NCBI GenBank assembly: GCA_951406725.2
Contig: OX597819.1
Location: 116,622,001 to 116,686,000, forward strand
Direction of reading: 5' to 3'
From: Octopus vulgaris
Lineage: Eukaryota
Length of the DNA: 64,000 bases
Shown in pieces: positions 13,164-26,069 of this stretch. A model generated the notes under the pieces. It was given only the letters and a program-made list of their open reading frames with translations. It was not told the origin of the DNA and made no database searches. Within the stretch, counting starts at the first letter, position 1; each line of letters starts with the position of its first letter. The position numbers were made by a program, and so were the translations under genes.

Positions 13164-14250
13164 TATATGCTAAAATAACTTTTATCATGCACTCTAAAAT
13201 TTCTGCCAGTTTGTCTTCTAAGACTTGTGTATTATTAATGTGAAATAGACTTCACTCTGTTTACTTATTTACATAATAAAATTGACATTCCTTGACAGGA
13301 TACTTGCCAAGTATACCAAATATATTTTAAACACGCACTTTTACCTCTTCATTTTATATTTGCAAGCTAAATGCTTCGCATGTTATGTAAAACGGACAAT
13401 TTTAATATACTCTTAGTATTAAGTTAAAGACACATCAGCGTTGTTAATAAAGTTCTTTCTGCATTTGCATTCGTATGGTTTGGGGCTCTATGTTAATGCA
13501 TGGTGTCTTGGGACATTTTTTCAACTGTAGGCTTCCAGTGATCAAAAGAATTATTTGAAGAAAACTGTATATCGGCTACCGAATTGTTATGCTATATATG
13601 AGTGCCTGTCAATGTATCTATGTTTATGTTTACTGGTTAGAAGTATGTTTCGTGTTGCGTTCAGTTCATATCATTAGTATAACTTAGTCGTTGACTAAAA
13701 GTGCTTAACTACTAAAAGGTATTAGGTGCTCGGTTAGGTACAATCAACTAAATACAGTTGAATACACTGCCCCATGTAGGGTGTGATGCATTGAGTTGAG
13801 ACATATAAATGAGTATGAGGTCCAAATATGTTATCACTGGAAATGCTGTGATATTGCCATTTTAAAATCTAATGAAAATACATACCGCTCTAACCCATAT
13901 CAAAGACAGACACATATCAAATCTAAATCGCAGTGTCACACCAAAATACCTGAAGTCTGTGAATTTACCTAGCGTTTCAGATAGCTTGATGGCTTGGCAT
14001 ATATGACCAACACCAAAGAGAGAAATTATTTGGCTACTTTAACAATGTAATGCGTTCTACTATCGTCTTTTGGTAAGCGAAAATTAAAAGCAACCATCAA
14101 CATCAGTGGAAAGGTATTACTCACTGTTTCCTATACATCGAACCAGGAATTTCGTCTAACCAAGTGACGAGTGGGGCCTAGTCTCAATTCGAGCATGATG
14201 CGTATGGGATTCCTGCAACTTACTGCTGCGATAATATTAACGTCGCTCCG

Positions 14251-14282
<32 letters not shown>

Positions 14283-14614
14283 TCCTTATATACCTCATGA
14301 CTATCAAGAGATATGTTTCTCAGAACTCCACTCCCTCGCCTAGAATCATGCCTTTAAGTGACGTATATATATTTCATATGAGATACACATTTTGGTATTA
14401 AGAAAAATGCTCTTTGAATTGCATTCACCGATTATTTTAAAATCAGGCCAACCTTCTGCAACACCAGTGAATGCATTATACATTGTTTCATATATTTTGA
14501 AGCACAAACTTTATTCTTAAGCAGGTAGCAGGTGGGTGTACGATATTGAAAGCTCCAGTTAGGGGTAAATGTGCATGTCATTCTCATGAAATACTGCCGC
14601 GATGATTGTCTCCG

Positions 14615-14687
<73 letters not shown>

Positions 14688-14692
<5 letters not shown>

Positions 14693-14892
14693 TAATCCAA
14701 ACAAGAAAGCACACAAAACACAACAACGCGAGGACGTGGAACAAATATAGTATTATGGGACGCTCAGGAAAGAAGGAAAGAAGGAAGGTTTAACGTTTCG
14801 AGCGGAGCTCTTCGTCGGAAACATAGGAGAAGGAAAGATCCATAGGAGGGAAGACAGAGGAAAAAAATCGGCAACGGTACACACGATGTCAC
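14688..14892 (-). mobile_element. Penelope pLTR-like short element with hammerhead-like fold
   Basis: Reverse complement of 44590-44795; abuts (TA)n; 14822-14788 reads GUUU CCGACGA A GAGC-UCC-GCUC GAA ACGU U AAAC. Confidence 0.65.
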
Positions 14893-14902
14893 ATTTTGAA
14901 AG

Positions 14903-14993
14903 GGTAACCTTAATACACAAATAAAGAAATTATGTTAACCAATGCGGTGCTGAGCACTCATTTTCATCATTCGACATTTACGTGTATATAACG

Positions 14994-15025
<32 letters not shown>

Positions 15026-15142
15026 TGTATGTATGTATGTATGTATGTATGTATGTATGTATGTATGTATGTATATATATTTATATATATATATATATAT
15101 ACATACATATATATATATTTATACATATATATATATGTATAA

Positions 15143-15173
<31 letters not shown>

Positions 15174-15224
15174 CATATGTATATATATATATAATATTTA
15201 TACATATATATATATGTATGTATG

Positions 15225-15256
<32 letters not shown>

Positions 15257-15282
15257 TATATACATATATATATACATATACA

Positions 15283-15314
<32 letters not shown>

Positions 15315-15404
15315 CGTTATATACACGTAAATGTCGAAATATGAAAATGAGTGCTCAGCGCCGCATGTTTAACATAATTTCTTTATTTGTGAATTAAAGT
15401 TGCC
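14903..15404. repeat. Long inverted repeat: ~95-bp unique arms plus mirrored (ATGT)n/(ACAT)n around a (TA)-rich centre
   Basis: 14903-14996 is the reverse complement of 15311-15404 with scattered mismatches. Confidence 0.9.
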
Positions 15405-15715
15405 ATTGGTTTCATCTTAAGAAAATTAGGAAAATGTCCTAGTGTATCAATTTTCAAGCCAAATACATGGAGGAAGGTGTTCGCCTCCATGTTGGAAAAT
15501 ACAGCCTCGATTATATATATATGTTTGAGTTTAAGGTGATATATTATCCTGATGGTTACCGTGTTTCCTCTTCATTCGGTTTAATCAGAACGGTCGTTTT
15601 GTGATACCCAAGCAAACAATAAGTTGCTAGGTTCTGGTAACTATTTTCGCTTGGTAAAACCGAGCGTCTTATTCAGGACTGCATACTTTCTGTAGAGTAT
15701 GTAATAGTAACAAAA

Positions 15716-15855
15716 AATGATAAGGAGAACGGAGTTTTCTCACATCTAAAGTTTCATTTAATAGTTATTTACAGCATCCTTTACTGGACCAGAATATCGT
15801 AAATAACTGTTAAATAAAATCATGGAGGTGAAAAATCTCCGTTCTCATTATCATT
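15716..15855. repeat. Diverged inverted repeat, ~57-bp arms
   Basis: aatgataaggagaacggag..atagttatttac vs gtaaataactgtt..ctccgttctcattatcatt. Confidence 0.8.
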
Positions 15856-15866
15856 ATTAATACTTT

Positions 15867-15936
<70 letters not shown>

Positions 15937-17311
15937 TATTGTATTTTTAGAATACATCTCCATGAAGAGATTTTCTAACAGACAAAACCCATACTACGAT
16001 GCATGGAGAGAGTGTGATACACCGCTGTGTGACAGATAATTCACAGCGGAAAAAAAGAAAACGAAAGGAAGAGAAAGATTCGAGTTTTTGTTCTTTTATT
16101 ATTTTGGACTGAGGGGCTGGTTTATTAGAGACCTTCTCCATAAGGTCCATTTTTCTTTTTTCTTCTTTTTTCTTTTTTTATTGGACCAGGAGGAGGTAGT
16201 GAGATTATAGGGCCTTACTTTGGTTGAAAGTAAACATGATAAATTTTGTCGTATCGTGCTCATGGCCATCTTGAGATGTTGTTATGGTACTTAATGTAAA
16301 ACTTTGTACAAAGCCATTATGTTTCGGTAAGAGTAAATATTAAAAAAAAAACAACAAAGGAATTGCATATCTACACTGAAGGATAAAAAATTTCGTGCAT
16401 ATTAAAGTGGCAGTAGGTGGGAAATATGGAGATCATACCGAAAACTTAAAAAGAAAGCTCTCTCCAAAAATGAGATCAATCTTGAGGATTTGTCCAGCCA
16501 CATATACCATATTAACAAATATATCCATGAAATATAATATCGTCTTTGATATAATTTTACAGAGAAGCGGTTGTGACTACTGGTATACATTTTATTTTCG
16601 ACCGTCCGATCAAGATTTATCTGAATCTGGAAGAGAACTAACAACAACAAATTAAGCCTAATGCCGGAACGTATGTGCCAATCGGTCGACGTGCTTGAAA
16701 GGCGAGGCAGCTTTATGTTATTCCCATTAGGTGACTAATGGTATCTCGACATGTATGATCAAAAGTTTTCATTTCTGATAGAAAATAACCCTTTGTTCAT
16801 ATGGTCATACGATGGTGAATGGTTACTTTCTTTGAAGCGATTTCAAGTAATTGTCTCGTTAATCCCTATTTATGTAACACCTCAGAACCCTTTTATCCTT
16901 TATTTTATATTGTTATATTGATTTCTCCCATCAGTGCAACCGTCACGAACGGATTTATATGGGAGGAGAAGAACAAAATCCGCCTGTGCATGCATGGTGT
17001 GTTAATGTATTACCTGTAACTAGATGAAAGACTGAGTCGATTCTGGTGAGTTTTGATTTCAGAACGGAAAAGAAATCAATGTAATTACTATAAGGTTTTG
17101 AATCTACTATTTAGCAGAAGTTCTGGTCCTGCTTTCTCTTTTCCTTATATGCGTAAGAGAATAAAGAACATTCGGAGAAATAGTGAGAGAGCGGCCAGGA
17201 GCTATCTGGAAGCTGGTTACAACGTATGTGCCCTAAGATTCCACGAAATGTATTAATGTTTCTAATTAATGTGCACCTGACCTTAATTTATTCCTGCCAA
17301 TAGCAACCTCA

Positions 17312-17510
17312 CTTTACTCTTTTACTTGTTTCAGTCATTTGACAGTGGTCATGCTGGAGCAAAAAACCTTTAGTCGAGCAAATCGACCACAGGACTCATT
17401 CTTTGTAAGCCTAGTACTATTCTAACACTAGTTACGGGGACGTAACACACCGGCATCGGTTGTCAAGCGATGTGGGTGGGACAAACACACACACGCAAAC
17501 GTATACACAC
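17312..17510 (-). mobile_element. SINE family B, 3' part
   Basis: Matches the tail of the 20750 and 62097 copies (ctcttttacttgtttcagtcatttga..). Confidence 0.8.
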
Positions 17511-17910
17511 ACATATATGTATATAATGTGTTACTTGTGACCTTACATATATACACAGACATACAGGAAGTAAATAGACACCTTTAATTTTCAACATCTT
17601 TTAATTAATACGCAAAGCGAACAATTCAAATGTACTGTATAGGTAGGACTACATACTTTAATATTTAGTTCGCATTCCCTTTGCAATTTGTAATTCCGAA
17701 ACCCTTTCTGGTATTGAACTGATGAGCTTTGTGATTATCTCTTATGGAATTTCTGCCCATTTTCACGCAACAATCGAAACAATTCATCTTTAGATTTAGA
17801 TTTCTGTTGTGACACTCGTATAGCTCTATCTAGTATGCTCCAAAGATTTCCAATTAGGTTCATGTCAGGAGATTAGCTCGACCAAGGAAGGTTTCTGATC
17901 CCATTTTCAG

Positions 17911-17973
<63 letters not shown>

Positions 17974-18334
17974 TATACATACACATAAAAAAGGGAAGAT
18001 AGGTAAATATAATGCATGTTCGATCTTTTTTGAACCGTTGCCCTTGAATACTGTGTCATATTTTGTATGTATGTGTGTGTGTGCGTATGTATATTTATGC
18101 GTGTGTGCGTGTGTGTGTGCGTGTGTGTGTGCGTGTGTGCGCGCGTGTGTGTGTGTATGTATGTAGAAGTGGATAAGCATATATGAGTATATATTTTAAG
18201 ATTATAAGTATATTTATGAGTGTGTCTATATGATTGTGTACTTGTGTATATGTATATGGTTATATGTGCACAGTTGCCCCTAAACGTTGTATCTATTCAC
18301 CGTTAGACGATGATGAGAGGGACAACCCCAGCAC

Positions 18335-18367
<33 letters not shown>

Positions 18368-18995
18368 CGTCTATACAAACATATATGTGTGTATATATAC
18401 AACCTTCAACAAAGTAACAGTCATGTACACAACTTAGACGGACACATACCAGTACACGGACATACGTTCACATGCACATACACATGTACACACACACACG
18501 CGTCTGCCCATTCTCCAAGATACTCACATACATACGTATATATATATATAGAACCTGAACTAACTAGAAGTAGGGAGAAAAGAAAAAAAAACATAAGTAA
18601 TAGTAAAACAAAAGTTTTGTGATATAGAGATAAGTGACTGATAATAGGTTTTAGAGTTTTGTCGTGGTGGTGAGGGTCGTAAATCACTTCCTAGTTTCGG
18701 CGGGGGGTGGGGTTGAAATTGTTGTGATGAGTGCTCAGTCTACATCTATCCATCACTACAGGTTTATAGCTTTAAGTTTATAGTATGTGGGTGCGTGCAT
18801 ATACATACATACATACATACATACATACATACATACATACGTACGTACATACATACATACATACACACATGCGTACGTACGTACATACATACATACATGC
18901 ATGCATGAATACATGCGTGCATACATACATACACACATACATACGTACATATATATAACGAACTAACTGTTACTTTCTCAGATGCAGCACGGATT

Positions 18996-19046
18996 TTTGT
19001 CAGTGAACAAGTCGCGGTCTTAAAGCGACGAAAATATTTTGACAAA
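18996..19046 (+). ncRNA. Putative minimal type I hammerhead ribozyme with G3-C8 core
   Basis: UUUGUCA GUGAACA A GUCGC-GGUCUUAAA-GCGAC GAA AAUAUU U UGACAAA: 7-bp stem I, 5-bp stem II, palindromic stem III. Confidence 0.6.
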
Positions 19047-19130
19047 TTAAACTTAAATTTTGAAGTGAATCGAACGGCTTTTGTGTTTCGTAAATGGCTT
19101 ACAAACACCTTCCACGCTGCAATTCATATA

Positions 19131-19498
19131 TCTCTTCTCTCTATATATAAACGGCAGTTTGTCTGTGCGTGTTTCTGTGTGTCTGTTTGCTTGTACCCTC
19201 ACCCTGACCACGGCTTTCAACCGATTCTGATGAAACTTGACACACACATAGCCCAATGTCATAATTCAAAACTAACGCAGCGAAAATTTTGAAAAGTTCC
19301 CCCAGTTCTGAAAAAAATCGATAAATTCGACATGGGGTCGACAATCAGAAACACAAACCGCAACTCCACCTTTTTTAACCCAAAAAAAAATTTACCATCA
19401 TTTTCTTCCATTTTTTTGCTATATTTTGGCTATAACTCTCTAAAAATGCTTTATAGTTATTTCCCTTACAAACCTGAGCAACGCCGGGCGATACTGCT

Positions 19499-19500
<2 letters not shown>
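19131..19500 (+). mobile_element. Non-autonomous Helitron, copy 2
   Basis: Same sequence as 12781-13163 with an ~18-bp internal deletion; ends CTTG|T. Confidence 0.85.
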
Positions 19501-19554
<54 letters not shown>

Positions 19555-20749
19555 GTGTTTACTATTTTTTTCTTTTTTAATAGGTGTATACCTATTTTTA
19601 TTAAAATTTACTTTCAATTTTGCATTCTGCCTCATAATTTTTCCATTCCTATATATATATGTATGTATATATATATATACATATATGCATATAATATATT
19701 CATACATATATATATATGCATGTTTATCTATCTCTTTACCTCTCTCCGTCACTTTCTCCCCCGTAAGTAAATAAATGAATATATGTAGTATATATACAAA
19801 CACACATCCACCAGTATATACATATAATTTTATACACACCGAAAGATAGATAGAGATTAACTATTGGGACTGTTAACTAATAGTACTGTATTATTTCTGA
19901 ATTACAGTGTTATTAGAGTGTATATATACTGCAATGTAAACTCATTGCTTGTACTTCCATTTTCCTTATTACCACCTGGGCTGAAGGTGAAAATAATTCC
20001 AGCATTTCAATATTTCAGTATTAACTCTCACCGTTTCTCGTTGACCGATTGCTTCCATCTAGGATACTATAAACCGCATAAGAACAATACAACATATCTT
20101 CACGTCCCTTTCCGTGCTCTTAAATCATTTGTAACTGTCAAACGTACCCTCAAGTTGCGAATTAATTTGCATTTACATTACACCACTGCTACACGGCTTA
20201 CAGGAAACGTAAGGTGAGGCATTTTAAAAGGTAGGGATTATTAATTATCATGCTAAATGAAACATCTGTACTCGCTTCCGAGGACGAAGGCTACTTTACG
20301 TGTAGAGTAAATAGGAAACGTTCAAACAGAACGGAAATAAATTACTCGAAATTTCAAACGAGTTGAAGGAAATAGAATTATCTAAACGGAAATCAAATTT
20401 TCTCCGGGAAACGAAAATCAAGACATTTTCCACAGAATATATATTAAACTGCTAATATTGTTTTGAGTCAAAAGCTTAGCAATATGTTGGTAATTTGTTT
20501 GCATTATTCATCAAGTTTCAACAAAAGTGGTCCTTTGTTATTGTAACTTGATGAAAAAAACAAAACTATATTACACAATTTACTGTGTCATATTTCAGCA
20601 CCAGTTACTCTTACTCTGTTACGGCATAATGAAAGCGACGGAAAGGTGATAAAACTAAAATCACCAACAACTAAACACCTACAACAACCTAATAATAAGA
20701 TAAACTTCCGCATTACAACTAATGAGACAATTCATACGCCAATCGTTAG

Positions 20750-21164
20750 TCTTTTACACTTTTATTTGTTTCAATCATGTGATTGTGGCCATGCTGGAGC
20801 ACCGACTTTAGTCGAGCAAATCGACCCCAGGACTTATTCTGTGTAAGCCTAGTACTAATTCTATCGGTCTCTTTTGCCGAACTGCTAAGTTACAGGGACG
20901 TAAACACACCAGCATCGATTGTCAAGTGATGTTGGGGGGACAAACACAGACACACAAACATACACACTCAAACATATGTATATATATATATATATATATA
21001 CGACGGGCTTCTTTCAGTTTCCGTCTACCAAATCCACTCACAAGGCTTTGGACGGCCCGAGGTTATAGTAGAAGGCACTTGCCCAACGTTCCGCGCAGTG
21101 GGACTGAGCATGGAACGATGTGGTTGGTAAGCAAGCTGCTTACCACACAGCCACGCCTACGCCT
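20750..21164 (-). mobile_element. SINE family B (octopus OR/OK-like, tRNA head plus CORE-like body), full length
   Basis: Minus-strand head aggcgtaggcgtggctgtgtggtaag..tcagtcccactgcgcgg..ttgggcaagtg; internal (TA)/(TG) tract; many copies in the window. Confidence 0.85.
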
Positions 21165-22492
21165 ATGATAACAATATTGATGTTAGTGTATTTGGCGGGA
21201 GCTTCTGAAATTTTCCATTGTCACACTTGGCAATCGCTTTATTATTGTCAAGATTTCACGTTTCAGCCAGATTATCTCGGGTAACATATCTGGCACACGC
21301 CATCGAACTTAATTTCATAAAAAGAAGAAAATATGTAACTTTCAACTTTCTGCCGCATCGGAGATACTCCTAGGTTGCCTACGCCGATTAACGTGTTGCA
21401 GAGTCTGTTGGATTACGTCATGTGAAGGTCATATGAAATACCTACACACATAGCTTAGTATCGATCGCTATTTACACGCTGCACACTTCTGGTTTGCTTT
21501 CGCCGTAACCCCACCGCAAATCAGAAACTCTTCGTCAGGGCGACACGGTGATACGGTGCTGTAGCTATATGACCATTCTAAATCAGATGAGACGTTCGAA
21601 AAGCATAGCAGATTTGAAGAAGAAATCAGTAAATATCAGTTAAATAATACTAAAATATACTGTGTCAACGAATGTATTGCTTTTTATTTATGCAGGGCGA
21701 TATCACATCAGAAAGAAAGAAAAAAGTGAGACATGTTAAATAAAGAGTGAAAGGAAAAATATCGAAAACCGACATAGGTAAGCTGAGAATTCTTGGATGG
21801 GTGACAGCAGTCTTTGGCTAATTGCCATATATTTACTTAGCAAGGTTTCAGTTTCAGAAAGAATTTTTTTTAAAGAAATGTTATTGGACAATGCCAGTCA
21901 TCATTGCTTTCGTTTGCTGACCTGCCAAGTGGGCATTCATAAAATAACTCTCGGATGGTATAAGGAATTTATTTTGAATAGCTTGATGTCTTGCTTCGAT
22001 AAATTTGATTAGATATTGAATACATAAGGAAAATAATATTTCAGAGTAAATGCTTGTGTCCAAGCTCTAGATAGAATTATTTGTACTTGACCTCGTTGTT
22101 CTTAACTTACTTCGGTTTGCTGCAGTAAATCAATAACTCAATCAACTTTGGTTATAACTATTTATTGTGTGACACTAAGGTGAACTTCTAGTGGCTGATC
22201 AGTAGCTCGATAAGAGACCGAGGAGAACTATGTGAATTGGCAGCGGACGTCGTAGGAGGGAAGCTATTATTCTCGTTTTAAAACTAAGATGCAACAATTA
22301 CATATGGCAGACGAAAACGTAAAGCTATATTAGTTATAGGATATATTTCTTATCAGAAGGGGATTTGAAAACGAAGAAATGGCAAGTGTGAGGTCAGCAA
22401 TTCGTTCTATCGTTTCCCTTTCACTGATGTTCTTTAATCTTTACTATGAATATTTCTCATTTTCATTATTCGCATCAAATTATTCCTAGTTT

Positions 22493-22549
<57 letters not shown>

Positions 22550-23133
22550 TATATATATATACACACACAAACATACTTATATATATATGCATACCTATAT
22601 ATATCCTATAGGTTTTGACTGCTACTTCCAGCATGTAAGTTTGCCTATTACGAGTCGCCTCTTTAAATGTTTAAATGTACACTAATTTTGTATGGAAAAT
22701 ATGTTTTCTATTAATTTTTTCCTACATGCTAGGCCACTGGTAGTGAAATTTCTAAAATTTCGCTGCCCTATATTTTATGAATATTGTTTTAGTAATTTCA
22801 GAAGTTAATTCGGCATCTTTTTCATTCACTACCGAGTGAAACCACGCTCGCGCGGGGATTTTGGAATATTATAATATATAATAATGATACACGTGTGTCT
22901 CTAAATTATATGTTAATGTTTTGGCGTAGCCACTGATGAGAACTTCGCCTAGCCTTTTATTTTATTCGCGAATTAGAGAGTGAAAGCTAGGAATGGCTGT
23001 AAAAAAAAACAAGGTAAAAGTTTTCATTTTTCATTCCCTTCGAAATTGCTCTTAAATGTATTTTGACTACTACTTCTAGAATGTAAGGCTGCCTGTTAAG
23101 GGAGGGTCATCTCTTTTGTGTTTAAATGCCCTG

Positions 23134-23210
<77 letters not shown>

Positions 23211-23373
23211 ATTTAGTACATGGGTAAATATTTATTTCGTATATTTTTCACTTGTTTATTGCTTTGGTTTTGTTGAGTTTGATCTGAGAACATAAACTTT
23301 TTTGTGGAGAATGGCGATTTGACGTCTATATCTAGCATGTTGACTGTCCACTTTTCGTGTGCAGTCCTTAATT

Positions 23374-23457
<84 letters not shown>

Positions 23458-23717
23458 TGGAAAACTTTGTAGTGGGATGATGGAAAATCTACGGTGAAAA
23501 AATACCAAACGGCTCTTGAACTCTGCGTGAGTATATGTGTATATATATAAAATGGAGTATGTGAATGCTTGTGTGTGTTTGTGTGTGTGTATGTGTGCGT
23601 GTATATGTGTGAATAATGGATGTGGGATGGTGAACATTCAACGCCAAAAGGAAAAATCAAACAGTGGTTCAACTCCGTGTGAGTACATGTGTATATTTAT
23701 GTTTGTATGTGAACCAG

Positions 23718-24290
23718 CGTTCTGTCAGTAACAAACGATAATCGATGTCACCTTTCAAAAGACAACCATTAGATAACATTGATAACAAGTATTTTAATTT
23801 GATTTACCATCCATATTCTGTCTGTTTTGTTAAGAATAAGTATTACAATCGCACACACACACCTACACAAGCATATACATATAGAAACTCATTAGAGAAA
23901 ATAATTATAGCCGGACTGTATCAAGAATATAATACAACTCCAGTTGAACGGCATGTTATAAATACAAATCTTAACTTAACAGTTCAGAGTGTTCTTTATT
24001 TATGTTTAGAAATTTTTTCCCATTGTTCTTTCAGTAACTATACATTAAGTAACTAACGTTCTGTCAATAATTTACTATGATCAATGTACAACCACTAGAT
24101 AATATTGAGAAGTTTATCAATTTGAATTACCATCCATATTCTATCTGTTGTGTTACAAATAGTTAATGCAATCACACACATTTACACAAATATATACATA
24201 TATATCAACTCATTGGAGACAATAATTATTGCCTGAATTTATGAAGAATATAAAACGACTACAGTTGAAAAGTATATCATAAATACACAT
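23718..24290. repeat. Old tandem duplication, ~250-bp units (23718-23972 and 24057-24290)
   Basis: Shared anchors cgttctgtca, ttaccatccatattct, aactcatt, aataattat and cagttgaa in the same order. Confidence 0.8.
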
Positions 24291-24681
24291 TTTATTGCTC
24301 ATACATGTCCTTAATTTATTTATATAAAAAAATGTATGTAATAAATTTTGGACAAGAAATTTTTGCAACATCAACTATAAGTCACAGATTTCTTTTTATG
24401 GTTTTAAGTTGTAAGAGGTTATGTCAGTTTCAGTAATGGAGAGCGCAATTGAAAGGAAATGTCGCTTCGAAAAGTTCCTATATTTATTCAGGGCCAGCTT
24501 TATGTGGCCTTAAGTCGTACAAGAAGGAGGAAAAACTTTAAAATTCTGTTGAAGGAAAGAAGTACTTAAGGGATATTAGTTGCGGATAGAGTTTTCATAA
24601 AAAAAAATTGGTAATAAAAGAATTATAAAACTAAAAAAAACATAGTTTTGTACCTTATTTATGTATAAAATACTACAATTA

Positions 24682-24904
24682 AGTTTCTTTATTGGCCACA
24701 CAGGGCTGCACACAGATGGGACAAGTTACAAGGTAGAGCTTTTCTTTTGGGGGAGGAAAAAAAAGGTGGCGTAGGTTTTCGATCAAAAGGGATCGTAAAA
24801 GGGAAAAAAAGAACAAAAAAAAGAAAAATAGAAAAAAAGGAAAAGAAGAAAAAGAAAAAAGGGAAAAAAGAAAAGAAAAATGAAAAAAAGAAGAAAAAAA
24901 CCCC
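24682..24904 (-). mobile_element. 5'-truncated LINE 3' end (Tx1/L1-like) with perfect 15-bp TSD
   Basis: TSD aaaatactacaatta at 24667-24681 and 24905-24919; minus strand ends ..gtggccaataaagaaa; U-rich 3' UTR. Confidence 0.7.
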
Positions 24905-25050
24905 AAAATACTACAATTAGCCATCATTTTTGATGGCACGGGGCCAGCAGGTGTATATACATACTTTATTCTTAGAGCTGCAACACCTCACAAAATATCA
25001 CAAAAGAATTCTACTCAGGTTCGTCGGGCCGTAGTGACTCCAGAAATCTG

Positions 25051-25759
25051 GTGATCCTGCCATCCTCTGTTTATGAGTTAACATTCTGCAGGGTGTTACT
25101 GCTACCTATATTCGACCGCTACCAGCCTGATCTTCATTACGTAAGTCGTTTCATACTACAGTAGTAGAGATTAAGTGTGCTGGCAACTAACCGTTCTCTG
25201 TTTCATTTGAAACCACGTAGCTTCTATTCAAATGAGTAATTCTAATATTCTACTTAAATTTTTGAAACTTGACTAGAATATTATGCATGGAACTAAAATC
25301 TCTCCCTCTGGTCATTTCAGGTAATATACGTCTCTCATCTCACATCGTGCGTGTGTTTATGCGTTGAATCACAATAAAACCAATATTTGCAAACTAAGAG
25401 ACACACTTTATCATACTGCTACTATTAGCATAGCACTAAATACAACCTACTTTGTAAAAGTTCTGCTTCAACTAAGAACAATATTTCAATTATATGTTCG
25501 CATTTAGCATAGAGATAACAAAATTCTAAAAAAGTGGAGACTTATCTTAAGAAATGTCGTTGAAACTTCATGCTAGCCCCTTAGATATTTATAGAATCGA
25601 TGCATAGCTTAGTGATTGTGCCATCCTCCGTTTAGAAGATAACATTGTGCAGAATGTTAATGCTGCCAACTTTCGACAGCTACCAGCCTGATCCAGATTA
25701 CATAAGTCGTTTCATACTTTAGTAGTTGAGAGAAACGCTGCTGACATCTAAGCATTCTC
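25051..25759. repeat. Direct repeat pair, ~148 bp (25051-25198 and 25612-25759)
   Basis: Shared tgccatcctc..taacatt..gctaccagcctgatc..taagtcgtttcatact. Confidence 0.8.
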
Positions 25760-26069
25760 AATTTTCTTCGACAGCTATCTCTCTTTACAATGTGCAACAA
25801 AATGTAGGAGCACCTATTATATAGCTTTAAACTATCTTGCAGTTAAAGCATCTTGTATATTCTCAGATCGGCTGTGAAGTTAAATCGATCCAATATGGAC
25901 CGATGGGTATAATGAGCCATTAATTTTATCTAAAAATACTTAGGTAATAAAAACAAGTAACGGCCTTTGTATGATGTAATCCCGAATTAAAGATGTGCTA
26001 TTCTACATTAGTAACTCTTATATATATATATATATATACAGACACACATTTCCCTTGAATGCGCTACAT

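Noticed and set aside
14935-15397. Long YI/VC/HT-rich ORFs here and throughout the track
   Set aside because: Translations of (TA)n, (TG)n and (TATG)n microsatellites, not genes.
21180-22400. GC-richer unique stretch as a possible host exon
   Set aside because: No recognisable ORF or consistent splice pair; short exons cannot be excluded without transcript data.
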